Of a stretch of DNA of 20,000 nucleotides, positions 1-9,227 are shown piece by piece (positions within the stretch are counted from its first letter, which is position 1; every line of letters starts with the position of its first letter). The notes below the pieces were generated by a model. The model was not told the origin of the DNA. It was given only the letters and a program-made list of their open reading frames with translations, and did no database searches. The position numbers and the translations under genes are program-made. This DNA is from Squalus acanthias (taxonomy: Eukaryota): contig JASTWF010000347.1 in the NCBI GenBank assembly GCA_030390025.1, forward strand, positions 489,007-509,006, in the 5' to 3' direction.

Positions 1-240
1 CATGGCCCCCGCGCTCTCCCTCCTGCTCCACAATCGCCCGTCCCGATCGGTCCACAACGCGCATGCTCAGCGCACAAAACCCCGCGGTTGGAACATCGGG
101 CGCGCATGCGGAGCCGCAACATCTGGTACGTGTGCGCGGCTCAGGTGGGGGCGAGTCGGTGTTTCGCCTCAGCCGCCAGGGAGGTGCGCATGCGCAGGAC
201 GACCCAACATTCTTCCTGTCAGCAATCACTCCCTCGTTTC
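1..240. promoter_or_regulatory. CpG-rich promoter-like segment with NRF1-type motifs
   Basis: High CpG density; perfect TGCGCATGCGCA palindrome at 185-196 and further GCGCATGC cores near 59 and 102. The gene it serves is not visible. Confidence 0.55.
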
Positions 241-243
241 TTT

Positions 244-345
244 AATAAAAACAGAAAATGCTGGAAATACTCAGCAGGTCAGGCAGCATCTGTGGAGAGA
301 GAAACAGAGTTAACGTTTCAGGTCGATGACCTTTCGTCAGAACTG
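244..345 (-). mobile_element. Penelope-like element terminal (pLTR) fragment carrying a hammerhead motif
   Basis: Minus strand reads CTGACGAAAGGTCATCGACCTGAAACGTTAACTCTGTTTCTCTCTCCACAGATGCTGCCTGACCTGCTGAGTATTTCCAGC. Minimal hammerheads are characteristic of PLE terminal repeats; the family call is from recognition, not a search. Confidence 0.65.
308..344 (-). ncRNA. Minimal type I hammerhead ribozyme (dimer type)
   Basis: AGUU-CUGACGA-A-AGGUC(AUC)GACCU-GAA-ACGU-U/AACU: intact core, 5-bp stem II, 4-bp stem I, palindromic ACGU stem III. Confidence 0.8.
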
Positions 346-358
346 CTTGTTCTTTAGT

Positions 359-587
359 GTCAGCCAGTGGCTCAGTGGGTAGCACTCTCGCCTCTGAGTC
401 AGAAAGTTGTGGGTTCAAGTCCCACTCCAGAGACTTGAGCACAGGAATCCAGGCTGACACTCCAGTGCAGTGCTGAGGGAGTGCTGCACTGTCGGAGGTG
501 CCGTTTTTTGGAGTAGACGTTAAAGCGAGGCCCCGTCTGCTCTCTCAGGTGGACGTCAAAGATCCTATGCCATTATTTTGAAGAAGA
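359..587 (+). mobile_element. tRNA-derived SINE with Deu domain (SacSINE1/DeuSINE-like), 3'-truncated
   Basis: A box TGGCTCAGTGG 368-378, B box GGTTCAAGTCC 412-422, followed by a Deu-like core GTGCTGCACTGTCGGAGGTGCCGT...AGACGTTAAAGCGAGGCCCCGTCTG...AAAGATCCTATG. Confidence 0.8.
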
Positions 588-1800
588 AAAGCAAAGAGAG
601 GGCATGAAAAAATATTGGCAAGTAAAATCAAGGAAAACCCAAAGATGTTTTATAAATACATTAAGAGCAAGAGGATAACTAAAGTAAGAGTGGAGCCTAT
701 TAGGGACCATAAAGGTAACCTGTGTGTGGAAGTGGAAGACATGAGTATGGTTCTTAATGAATACTTTGCGTCTGTTTTCACAAAAGAGAGGGACGATGCA
801 GACATTGCAATCAGGGAGGAAGAGTGTGAAATATTAGATGAAATAAACATAGTGAAAGAGGAAGTATTAAGAGGTTTAGCATCTTTGAAAGTGGATAAAT
901 CCCCAGGCCTGGATGAAATGTATCCCAGACTGTTAAGAGAAGTAAGAGAGGAAATAGCAGAGGCTCTGACCATCATTTTCCAATCCTCTCTGGCTACAGG
1001 TGTGGTGCCAGAGGACTGGAGAACTGCTAACGTGGTACCATTGTTTAAAAAGGGAGAAAGGGATAGACCGAGTAATTACAGGCCAGTCAGCCTAACCTCG
1101 GTGGTGGGAAACTTATTGGAAAAAGTTCTGAGGGACAGGATAAATCTTCATTTAGAAAGACACGGATTAATCAGGGACAGTCAGCATGGATTTGTTAAGG
1201 GAAGGTCGTGTCTGACTAACTTGATTGAATTTTATGAGGAGGTAACAAGGAGGGTCGATGAGGGCAGTGCGTTTGATGTAGTCTATATTGATTTTAGCAA
1301 GGCTTTTGATTCTGGTCACGAAAGTAAAAGCCCATGGGATCCAAGGCAAAGTGACAAGTTGGATCCAAAATTGTCTCAGAGGCAGGAAACAAAGGGTAAT
1401 GGTCGAAGGGTGTTTTTGTGACTGGAAGGTTGTTTCCAGTGGGGTTCCGCAGGGCTCAGTACTGGGTCCTTTGCTTTTTGTGGTATATATCAATGATTTG
1501 GACTTGAATGTAGGAAGTATGATTAAGAAGTTTGCAGATGATACAAAAATTGGCCGTGTGGTTGATAATGAAGAAGAAAGCTGCAGACTGCAGGAAGATA
1601 TCAATGGACTGGTCAGGTGGGCAGACAAGTGGGAAATGGAATTCAATCTGGAGAAGTGTGAGGTAATGCACTTGGGGAGGTCTAACAAGGCTTGGGAATA
1701 CACTATAAATGGTAGGACACTGAGAAGTGCAGAAGATCAGAGGGACCCTGGAGAGCATGTCCACAGATCCCTGAAGGGAGCAGGACAGGTAGATAAGGCG
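586..1800 (+). mobile_element. CR1 LINE ORF2 (RT) internal fragment, truncated at both ends, frameshifted
   Basis: KSPGLD, NYRPVSLTS, QHGF, DFSKAFD, GVPQGSVLGPLLF and FADD motifs in ORFs 615-1421 and 1288-2091. A deletion near 1310 removes KVPHGR and shifts frame; homology stops at GQVDKA (about 1800). Confidence 0.95.
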
Positions 1801-2400
1801 CATGCGCACACGGAGCGGCGGTTTGTGCCGAGTCCAGCACAGCGACCCCTGCCTGTCACCAAGGGCAACAACCGCGCATGCCCAGAGAACACCAACCCCC
1901 TCCCCCACTCGGAGCTGCGCCTGCGCGGTCGGATCCGGACGGAGTCGGCGCGGGGCATTCCGCGGAAAGGCCTTGGTTCCGTTACAGAGTCGCGATCGGT
2001 GACGCAGAGTGAGTTTTCTCCGCTCCGATTGGGTGGTGAATCGCGCGGGGTGGGGGGGAGGGGTGGATCGGGAGAGAATAAAGAGAAATAGAAAAACCTC
2101 AGAGTCCGCGAGGCCCCGGACCGAGCGGCGTCAGTTGGACGGAGCACGTGATCTCCTCGGGGACACGTGACCCGGGCCCACGGCCTGATTGACGTGAGCT
2201 TCCGACCAATAGGGAGCGAGCGGGGCGGGGCTGGAGGAGCGAGCCGGCGGCGGGTCCTCCAACCAATCGGGGAGCCCGAGGGGCGGGACTAGCGCCGGCT
2301 GATTGTCTGATCCGCGGGGCAGCGAGTTTCTCCAGTCCCTTGTTCAGGGCCCGGGGCCAGGGGAGGCTGTGGGCCTTTATTCCCCTTATTGGACACAAGG
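1798..2400. promoter_or_regulatory. CpG island with NRF1, E-box, CCAAT and GC-box motifs
   Basis: GCGCATGCGCA 1798-1808, TGCGCCTGCGC near 1916, two CACGTG (about 2145 and 2164), two CCAAT each followed by GGGCGGG (about 2206-2290), possible donor AGA/GTGAGT near 2009. Confidence 0.65.
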
Positions 2401-2507
2401 CTCTTTGTCTCACAACACACTGGCTCAGGTTTTAATACAGACTTTTTAAATTCATGAATAAAAGCAGATAAACCCGTGCTTCTGTGGCACAAACTTTCTA
2501 ATATTTT

Positions 2508-2847
2508 ATAGAATCATAGAATGGTTACAGCACAGAAGGAGGCCATTCAGCCCGTCGAGCCCGTGCCGGCTCTCTGCAAGATCACTTCAGCTAGTCCCAC
2601 TCCCCCGCCCTTTCCCCGTAGCCCTGCAAATTTCTTTACTTCAGGTACTTATCCAATTCCCTTTTGAAAGCTGTGATTGAATCTGCCTCCACCACCCTTT
2701 CAGGCAGTGCATTCCAGATCCTAACCACTCGCTGCATAAAAAAGTTTTTCCTCATGTCGCCTTTGGTTCTTCTGCCAATCACCTTAAATCTGTGTCCTCT
2801 GGTTCTCGACCCTTCCGCCAATGGGAACAGTTTCTCTCCATCTACTC
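2508..2847 (-). mobile_element. Host CR1, 3' end (segment 1 of 3): ORF2 C-terminus, 3' UTR and ATTCTATG-type tail
   Basis: Minus ORF EGSRTRGHRFKV...KNFFMQRVVRIWNALP...FKRELDKYL; tail reads ATAGAATCATAGAAT on the + strand at 2508; joins 7048 in frame (GLDRV-DGEKLFPL). Confidence 0.92.
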
Positions 2848-3135
2848 ACGGAGTGCAGATCGGAACAGAGTGTTAAGCTGCGAGTTTGGTGAGTGCGGGG
2901 AGGGGGGTGTTCCTTTCTTTTTCCATCTTTGTCAGCTTCCAGGAGAGCAGGAGCTAAAAAGCTGCACAAGAGGGGACAGAGAACCAGCAGTGAGTATTTC
3001 TACAGTATTTCTACATTCCAGTCATTAAAGTAAAAGTAAGGTCTCTAGTTTAGAGTAAGTAGTGTTTAAAGGGAAGTAAGGTCCCTAGTGTATTTAATAT
3101 TCTTTAATTTAAAAGGAATAAATTAAGGGTAGGAC

Positions 3136-4087
3136 ATGGCAGGGCAGCTCGGCAGCGTGGAGTGCTCCTCCTGTGCTATGTTGGAAGTCAGGGACACTTT
3201 AGGTGTCCAGGGCGAACACATGTGCAGGAAGTGTCTCCAGCTGCAGCTACTCGAAATCCGCGTTTCGGAGCTGGAGCTGCGACTGGAGTCACTGTGGAGC
3301 ATCCGCGAAGCTGAGATCTTCGTGGATAGCCCGTTTAACAAGGTGGTCACACCGCAGGTAAAAAGTGCACAGGCAGACAGGGAATGGGTGACCACCAGAC
3401 AGAGTAAAAGAACTAGGAAGGTAGTGCAGAAGTCCCCTGGGTCAATCTCCCTCTCCGACAGATTTTCCGTTTTGGATATGATGGGGGAGATGGTTTCTCA
3501 GGAGAATGCAGCAAGAGCCAAGTCCGTGGCACTACGAGTGGCTCAGCTGCACAAGAGGGGAGGAAAAAGAGTGGGAGAGCAATAGTGATCGGGGATTCTA
3601 TCGTAAGGGGAACAGATAGACGTTTCTGTGGCCGCAGACGTGACTCCAGGATGGTATGTTGCCTCCCTGGTGCCAGGGTCAAGGATGTCACTGAACGGCT
3701 GCAGGGCATTCTGAAGGGGGAGGGCGAACAGTCAGAGGTCGTGGTTCACATTGGTACCAACGACATGGGTAGAAAGAGGGATGAGGTCCTGCAACAAGAA
3801 TTTAGGGAGCTAGGTAGCAGATTAAAAAGCAGGACCTCAAAGGTTGTAATCTCTGGATTACTCCCGGTGCCACGTGCTAGTGAGTATAGGAATAGGAGGA
3901 TAGAGCAGATGAATGCGTGGCTAAAGAGTTGGTGCAGGAGGGAGGGCTTTAGCTTCCTGGATCACTGGGTCTGCTTCTGGGGAAGGTGGGACCTGTACAA
4001 GTCGGACGGGTTGCACCTGAACCGGAACAGGATCAACATCCTTGCGGGGAGGTTTGCTAGTACTGTTGGGGGGGGGGTTTAAACTAA
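3136..4087 (+). pseudogene. CR1 ORF1p: Cys-rich/leucine-zipper N-terminus plus SGNH esterase, frameshifted
   Basis: CSSC...CRKC and LEIRVSELELRLESL zipper; IGDS, PGA, HIGTND and DGLHLN esterase blocks. 1-nt frameshift near 3479 and probable indel in the G10 run at 4068-4077. Confidence 0.9.
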
Positions 4088-6970
4088 CTTGGCAGGGGGA
4101 TGGGATACGGAGTGGAGCTATAGTAGGGGGTGATGCACAGCCAAATATAGAGGAAAAAACAAGTCAGCCTGGAAGGCAGAGCAAATATGTAACGGCACAA
4201 GGGAGTATGGCAAGGCTGGATGGCATTTATTTTAATGCAAGGAGTCTTGCGAGTAAGGCAGATGAATTGAAGGTGTTGATGAACACATGGGAGTATGATA
4301 TTATTGCTATCACAGAGACATGGTTGAGGGAGGGGCAGGACTGGCAGCTCAATATTCTGGGGTATAGAATCTTCAGGCGAGACAGAGGTGGGTGTAAAAG
4401 AGGAGGGGGTGTCGCAATATTAATCAAGGAGTCAATTACTGCTGTAAGGAGGGATGATATCTTAGCAGGTTCCTCTAATGAGGCCATATGGGTAGAACTT
4501 AAAAACAAAAAGGGGGCAAGCACTTTGCTGGGAGTGTACTATAGGCCCCCAAACAGTCAGGGGGAGATAGAGGAACAGATATGTAGGCAAATCTCAGAGA
4601 AGTGTAGAAATAATAGGGTAATAATAGAAGGGGATTTCAACTTCCCCAATATTAACTGGGATAGTCAGAGTGTGAAAGGCTTAGAGGGTGCGGAATTCTT
4701 AAAGTGCATCCAGGAGAGCTTTTTGAGCCAGCATGCAGAAAGTCCTCCAAGAGAGGGGGCGGTACTGGACCTAGTTCTTGGGAATGTAGCCGGGCAAGTG
4801 GTAGAAGTGTCAGTAGGAGAGCATTTTGGTGACAGTGACCATAATTCGGTGAGATTTAAGGTAGTCATGGAAAAGGACAAAGATAAGGCAGGATCTGGCC
4901 AAAGTGGACTGGGATCAACTACTTGTAGGAAAATCCACATCAGAGCAGTGGGAGTCTTTCAGAAAGGAAATAGAGAGAGTACAACGGCAACATGTTCCCG
5001 TAAAAATCAAGGGTGGGACCAACAAGCCCAGGAAACCCTGGATGTCAAGGGATATATGAGAATGGATTAGGAAAAAAAGAGAGGCTTTTGGCAGATACAA
5101 AGGACTAAAAACAGTGGAAGCCCTAGAGGAGTATAGAAAGTGCAGGGGGGTACTTAAAAAATAAATTAGGAGAGCGAAGAGGGGGCATGAAATAACACTG
5201 GTGGGCAAAATAAAGGAAAATCCCAAGGTGTTTTATAAGTATATTAAGGGCAAGAGGATAACCAGGGAAAGAGTAGGGCCCATTAGGGACCAAAGTGGCA
5301 ATCTGTGTGTAGAGCCAGAAGATGTAGGTGGGGTTTTAAATGAATATTTTGCATCTGTGTTCACTATGGAGAAGGACGGTGTAGGCATAGAAATCAGGCA
5401 GGGGGATTGTGATATACTTGAACAAATTAGTATTGAGAGGGAGGAGGTACTAGCGGTTTTAGTGGGCTTAAAAGTGGATAAATCCCCAGGCCCAGACGAG
5501 ATGTATCCCAGGCTGCTGTGTGAGGCTAGGGAGGAGATTGCAGGGGCTCTGACACAAATTTTCAGAACCTCTCTGGCCACAGGGGAGGTGCCAGAGGACT
5601 GGAGAACAGCTAACGTAGTACCATTATTCAAGAAGGGTAGTAGGGATAAACCAGGGAATTACAGGCCAGTGAGCCTAACATCAGTGGTAGGGAAATTATT
5701 GGAAAAAATTCTGAGGGACAGAATTAGTCTCCACTTGGAGAGGCAAGGATTAATCAAGGATAGTCAGCATGGCTTTGTCAGGGGGAGATCATGTCTGACC
5801 AATTTGATTGAATTTTTCGAGGGGGTGACTAGGTGTGTGGATGAGGGTAGTGCAGTTGATGTGGTCTACATGGAATTCAGTAAGGTTTTTGACAAAGTCC
5901 CGCATGGGAGACTGGTCAAGAAGGTAAGAGCCCATGGGATCCAGGGCAACTTGGCACATTGGATCCAAAATTGGCTTAGTGGCAGGAAGCAGAGGGTGAT
6001 GGTCGAAGGTTGTTTTTGTGACTGGAAGCCTGTGTCCAGTGGTGTACCGCAGGGATCGGTGCTGGGTCCTTTGCTGTTTGTAGTGTACATTAGCGATTTA
6101 GATATGAATGTAGGAGGTATGATCAGTAAGTTCGCAGATGACACGAAAATTGGTGGGGTGGTAAATAGCGAGGAGGGAAGCCTCAGGCTACAGGACGATA
6201 TAGATGGGTTGGTCAGATGGGCAGAACAGTGGCAAATGGAATTTAACCCTGAAAAGTGTGAGGTGATGCATTTTGGGAGGACTAACAAGGCAAGGGAATA
6301 CACAATGAATGGTAGGACCCTAGGAAGGACAGAGGATCAGAGGGACCTTGGTGTGCATGTACATAGATCCCTGAAGGCAGCAGGACAGGTAGATAAGGTG
6401 GTTAAAAAGGCATATGGGATACTTGCCTTCATTAGCCGAGGCATAGAATATAAGAGCAGGGAGGTTATGATGGAGCTGTACAAAACGTTAGTTAGGCCAC
6501 AGCTGGAATACTGTGTGCGGTTCTGGTCGCCACACTATAGGAGGGATGTGATTGCATTGGAGAGGGTGCAGAGGAGATTCACCAGGATGTTACCTGGGCT
6601 GCAGCGCTTCAGCTATGAAGAGAGACTGGACAGGCTGGGGTTGTTTTCCTTAGAGCAGAGAAGGCTGAGGGGGGACCTGATTGAGGTGTACAAAATTATG
6701 AGGGGCATAGATAGGGTAGATAGAAAGGAACTTTTCCCCTTAGTAGAGGGGTCAATAACCAGGGGGCATAGTTTCAAGGTAAGGGGCAGGAGGTTTAGAG
6801 GGGATTTGAGGAAAAACTTTTTCACCCAGAGGGTGGTTGGAATCTGGAACTCACTGCCTGAAAGGGTGGTAGAGGCAGGAACCCTCACAACATTCAAGAA
6901 GCATTTAGATGAGCACTTGAAACGCCATAGCATACAAGGCTACGGACCAAGTGCTGGAAAATGGGATTAG
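4078..6970 (+). pseudogene. CR1 ORF2p (APE endonuclease + reverse transcriptase), disrupted
   Basis: YFNARSL, ITETW, GGGVA, YYRPP, GDFN and SDH endonuclease motifs. Frameshifting deletion near 4885, in-frame TGA 5057-5059, intact 589-codon remainder with FADD, but motif A reads YMEFSKVFD (catalytic D to E). Confidence 0.93.
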
Positions 6971-7047
6971 AATAGACAGGGCTTGATGGCCGGCGCGGAC
7001 ACGATGGGCCGAAGGGCCTCTTTCTGTGCTGTATAACTCTATGACTC

Positions 7048-7331
7048 TGTCCAGACCCCTCATGATTTTGAACACCTCTATCAAATCTCCTCTCAACCTT
7101 GTCTGCTCTAAGGAGAACCACCCCAGCTTCTCGAGTCTATCCACGTAACTGAAGTCCCTCATCCCTGGAACCATTCTTGTAAATCTTTTCTGCACCCTCT
7201 CTAAGGCCTTCACATCCTTCATAAAGTGCGGTGCCCAGAATTGGACACAGTACTCCAGTTGAGGCCGAACCAGTGTTTTATAAAGGTTCATCATAACTTC
7301 CTTGCTTTTGTACTCTATGCTTCTATTTATA
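7048..7331 (-). mobile_element. Host CR1, segment 2 of 3
   Basis: Minus ORF LYKTLVRPQLEYCVQFWAPH...LRGDLIEVFKIMRGLDRV. Confidence 0.93.
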
Positions 7332-7341
7332 TGCTTCTATT

Positions 7342-8018
7342 ATCGGCGAGACCATGCAGACACTGAGACAACGTATGAACGAGCACCGTGCAACAATCGC
7401 CAGGCAGGATTGTTACCTCCCAGTCGGGGAACACTTCAGCAGTCAAGGACATTCAGCCTCGGATCTGCGGGTAAGCGTTCTCCAAGGCAACCTTAGAAAC
7501 ACACGACAACGCAAAATCATCGAGCAGAAACTGATAGCCAAGTTCCGCACTCATGAAGATGGTCTCAATCGGGATCTTGGGTTTATGTCACGATACATGA
7601 CGTGATCCGGACTCGAGTCGTCGTTAGCTTGTTCACAGATGTGATTCCCAGTAAAAAAGTAAAAATTTTCCCAGTAAAAAAGTAAAATTTTTTAAAGCTT
7701 TTCGTTTTACATACAGACGGCAGCTTTTGACACGTTAGACCCCCTGCGACTCCACCTCATTGTCTCAGTTGTATCTTGCTATGTCTTTGATGTGGTACCT
7801 TCCTGGCTGACCTGATTAAATTTATCACACCTCGGCAGATAGTCAGGATGATTTAATTTAGTTGTCTGCAATTGTAAGGTACACATGCATTGTTCTCTAT
7901 CTATATATGCTTTGGTGATTCTGTATCTTTTTACTTCACCCGACGAAGGAGTAGTAAGCTCCGAAAGCTTGTGATTTCAAATAAAACTGTTGGACTATAA
8001 CTGGTGTTGTGCGACCTC
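7342..8018 (+). mobile_element. Penelope-like retroelement, 5'-truncated: GIY-YIG C-terminus plus 3' terminal repeat
   Basis: IGETMQTLRQRMNEHR...VGEHF...EQKLIAKFRTHEDGLN (7342-7605) matches a PLE GIY-YIG endonuclease C-terminus; hammerhead near the 3' end; TCTATTTATA duplicated at 7322-7331 and 8019-8028. Confidence 0.9.
7936..7974 (+). ncRNA. Minimal type I hammerhead ribozyme, CCGA core variant
   Basis: UCAC-CCGACGA-A-GGAGU(AGUAA)GCUCC-GAA-AGCU-U/GUGA; palindromic AGCU stem III; core U4 replaced by C. Confidence 0.75.
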
Positions 8019-8649
8019 TCTATTTATAAAGCCCAGGATCCCGTATGCTTTTTTAACCGCTTTCCCAGCCTGCCCTGCCACCGTCAACGATTTGTGCACA
8101 CATACCCCCAGGTCTCTCTGTTCATGCACCCACTTTAGAATTGTACCCTTTAGTTTATATTGCCTCTCCTCGTTCTTCCTACCAAAATGTATCACTTCGC
8201 ATTTTTCTGTGTTAAATTTCATCTGCCACGTGTCTGCCCATTCCACCAGCCTGTCTGTCCTCTTGAAGTCTATCACTATCCTCCCACTGTTCACTATACT
8301 TCCAAGTTTTGTGTCATCTGCAAATTTTGAAACTGTGCCCTTTACACCCAAGTCTAAGTCATTAATATATATCAAGTAAAGCAGTGGTCCTAGTACCGAC
8401 CCCTGGGGAACACCACTGTGTACCTTCCTCCAGTCCGAAAAACAACCGTTCACCACTATTCTCTGTTTTCTGTCACTCAGCCAATTTCGTATCCATGCTG
8501 CCACTGTCCCTTTTATTCCATGGGCTTCAACTTTGCTGGCAAGCCTATTATGTGGCACTTGTCGAACGCCTTTTGGAAATCCATGTACACCACGTTAACC
8601 GCATTGCCCTCATCAACCCTCTCTGTTACCTCATCAAAAAACTCAATCA
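8019..8649 (-). mobile_element. Host CR1, segment 3 of 3 (RT core; 5' truncation point)
   Basis: LIEFFDEVTERVDEG, YMDFQKAFD, GVPQGSVLGPLL and FADDTKL on the minus strand with frameshifts. Confidence 0.93.
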
Positions 8650-8958
8650 GAATCAGAGCGGCCGGGCCCGGCGGACGTGCGGCCAGGGCCCCGGCACCAG
8701 GAAACCCAGGGTGCAGCGCCTCCCCCATCCGAGCCGCCGCTTCCCGGTTTCTTCAGCCGGTTCCACCGAGTCCGACTCGGGACAAAGGACAGGAGCCAGG
8801 CTCCCAGAATGGCCCGCGGCCCCGGGGAGCATGCGCACTCTCAGCGGGGAAATCAGCGCCTTGGATAGAGCGGTTTCTGGGGCGCGGGGAATTGTGGGTG
8901 CTGCGGCCGCCATTAGTCAGCGGCTGTCGGGAAGAGTTTTATTGCAGGCTGACGGAAG
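8650..8958 (+). promoter_or_regulatory. CpG-island promoter and predicted non-coding exon 1 of ZNF-A
   Basis: GCATGCGCA (NRF1-like, 8829), GGGAATTGTGGGT (ZNF143-like, about 8887-8899), GCCGCCATT (YY1-like, 8906-8914), donor AAG/GTAGGT at 8958/8959. Matching acceptor TTTTACAG/ at 9839/9840. Confidence 0.6.
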
Positions 8959-9227
8959 GTAGGTCCCTGGCCGCCTGTGTAGGTCTTTTTGTTGCTTCAG
9001 TTTGAGCTGGAGTGGAGATGGAGGAGAAGCTGCTGGGTTTAACCCCCAGTACTTCTGAGCCCAGGAGGACCCAACAATTTCCAATGTGAGACTGTCAAGG
9101 GAGGTGGATTCTGGGGGAGATTAGGTTGTTAAACAGACACTGTCCCTACAATGTAAAAGAGTATTGTTTTAGGAACAAGTATTTCTGTACAGGCTTTTAA
9201 TCCAGTTTACATATACAGATTTGTTTT

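Larger units (their letters stand above)
2848..7047 (+). mobile_element. Full-length CR1 LINE (about 4.2 kb), disabled
   Basis: 5' UTR, ORF1, ORF2 (APE endonuclease + RT), 3' UTR with GGGCCGAAGGGCCT hairpin and ACTCTATG tail. Flanked by ACTC at 2844-2847 and 7044-7047; the flanks rejoin as a continuous antisense CR1. Confidence 0.95.

Noticed and set aside
1..40. Minus-strand GCCATG start codon at the window edge
   Set aside because: Good Kozak context, but no downstream sequence is available to test it.
359..432. tRNA gene
   Set aside because: A/B boxes run straight into a Deu SINE body without a clean cloverleaf or terminator; it is a SINE head.
1288..2091. CR1 RT fused to a novel C-terminal domain
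   Set aside because: The frame merely runs on into stop-poor GC-rich promoter DNA after the truncation at about 1800.
5201..6970. Active or domesticated reverse transcriptase gene
   Set aside because: GTG start, upstream stop and frameshift, and D-to-E change in RT motif A; consistent with a young dead copy.
7645..7690. Tandem duplication TTCCCAGTAAAAAAGTAAAA in the Penelope 3' region
   Set aside because: Simple local slippage duplication with no further structure.
650..8379. Long antisense ORFs over CR1 RT (for example 1167-1703, 5866-6303, 7990-8379)
   Set aside because: Shadow frames of CR1 codon usage that recur with each copy; no independent coding signal.
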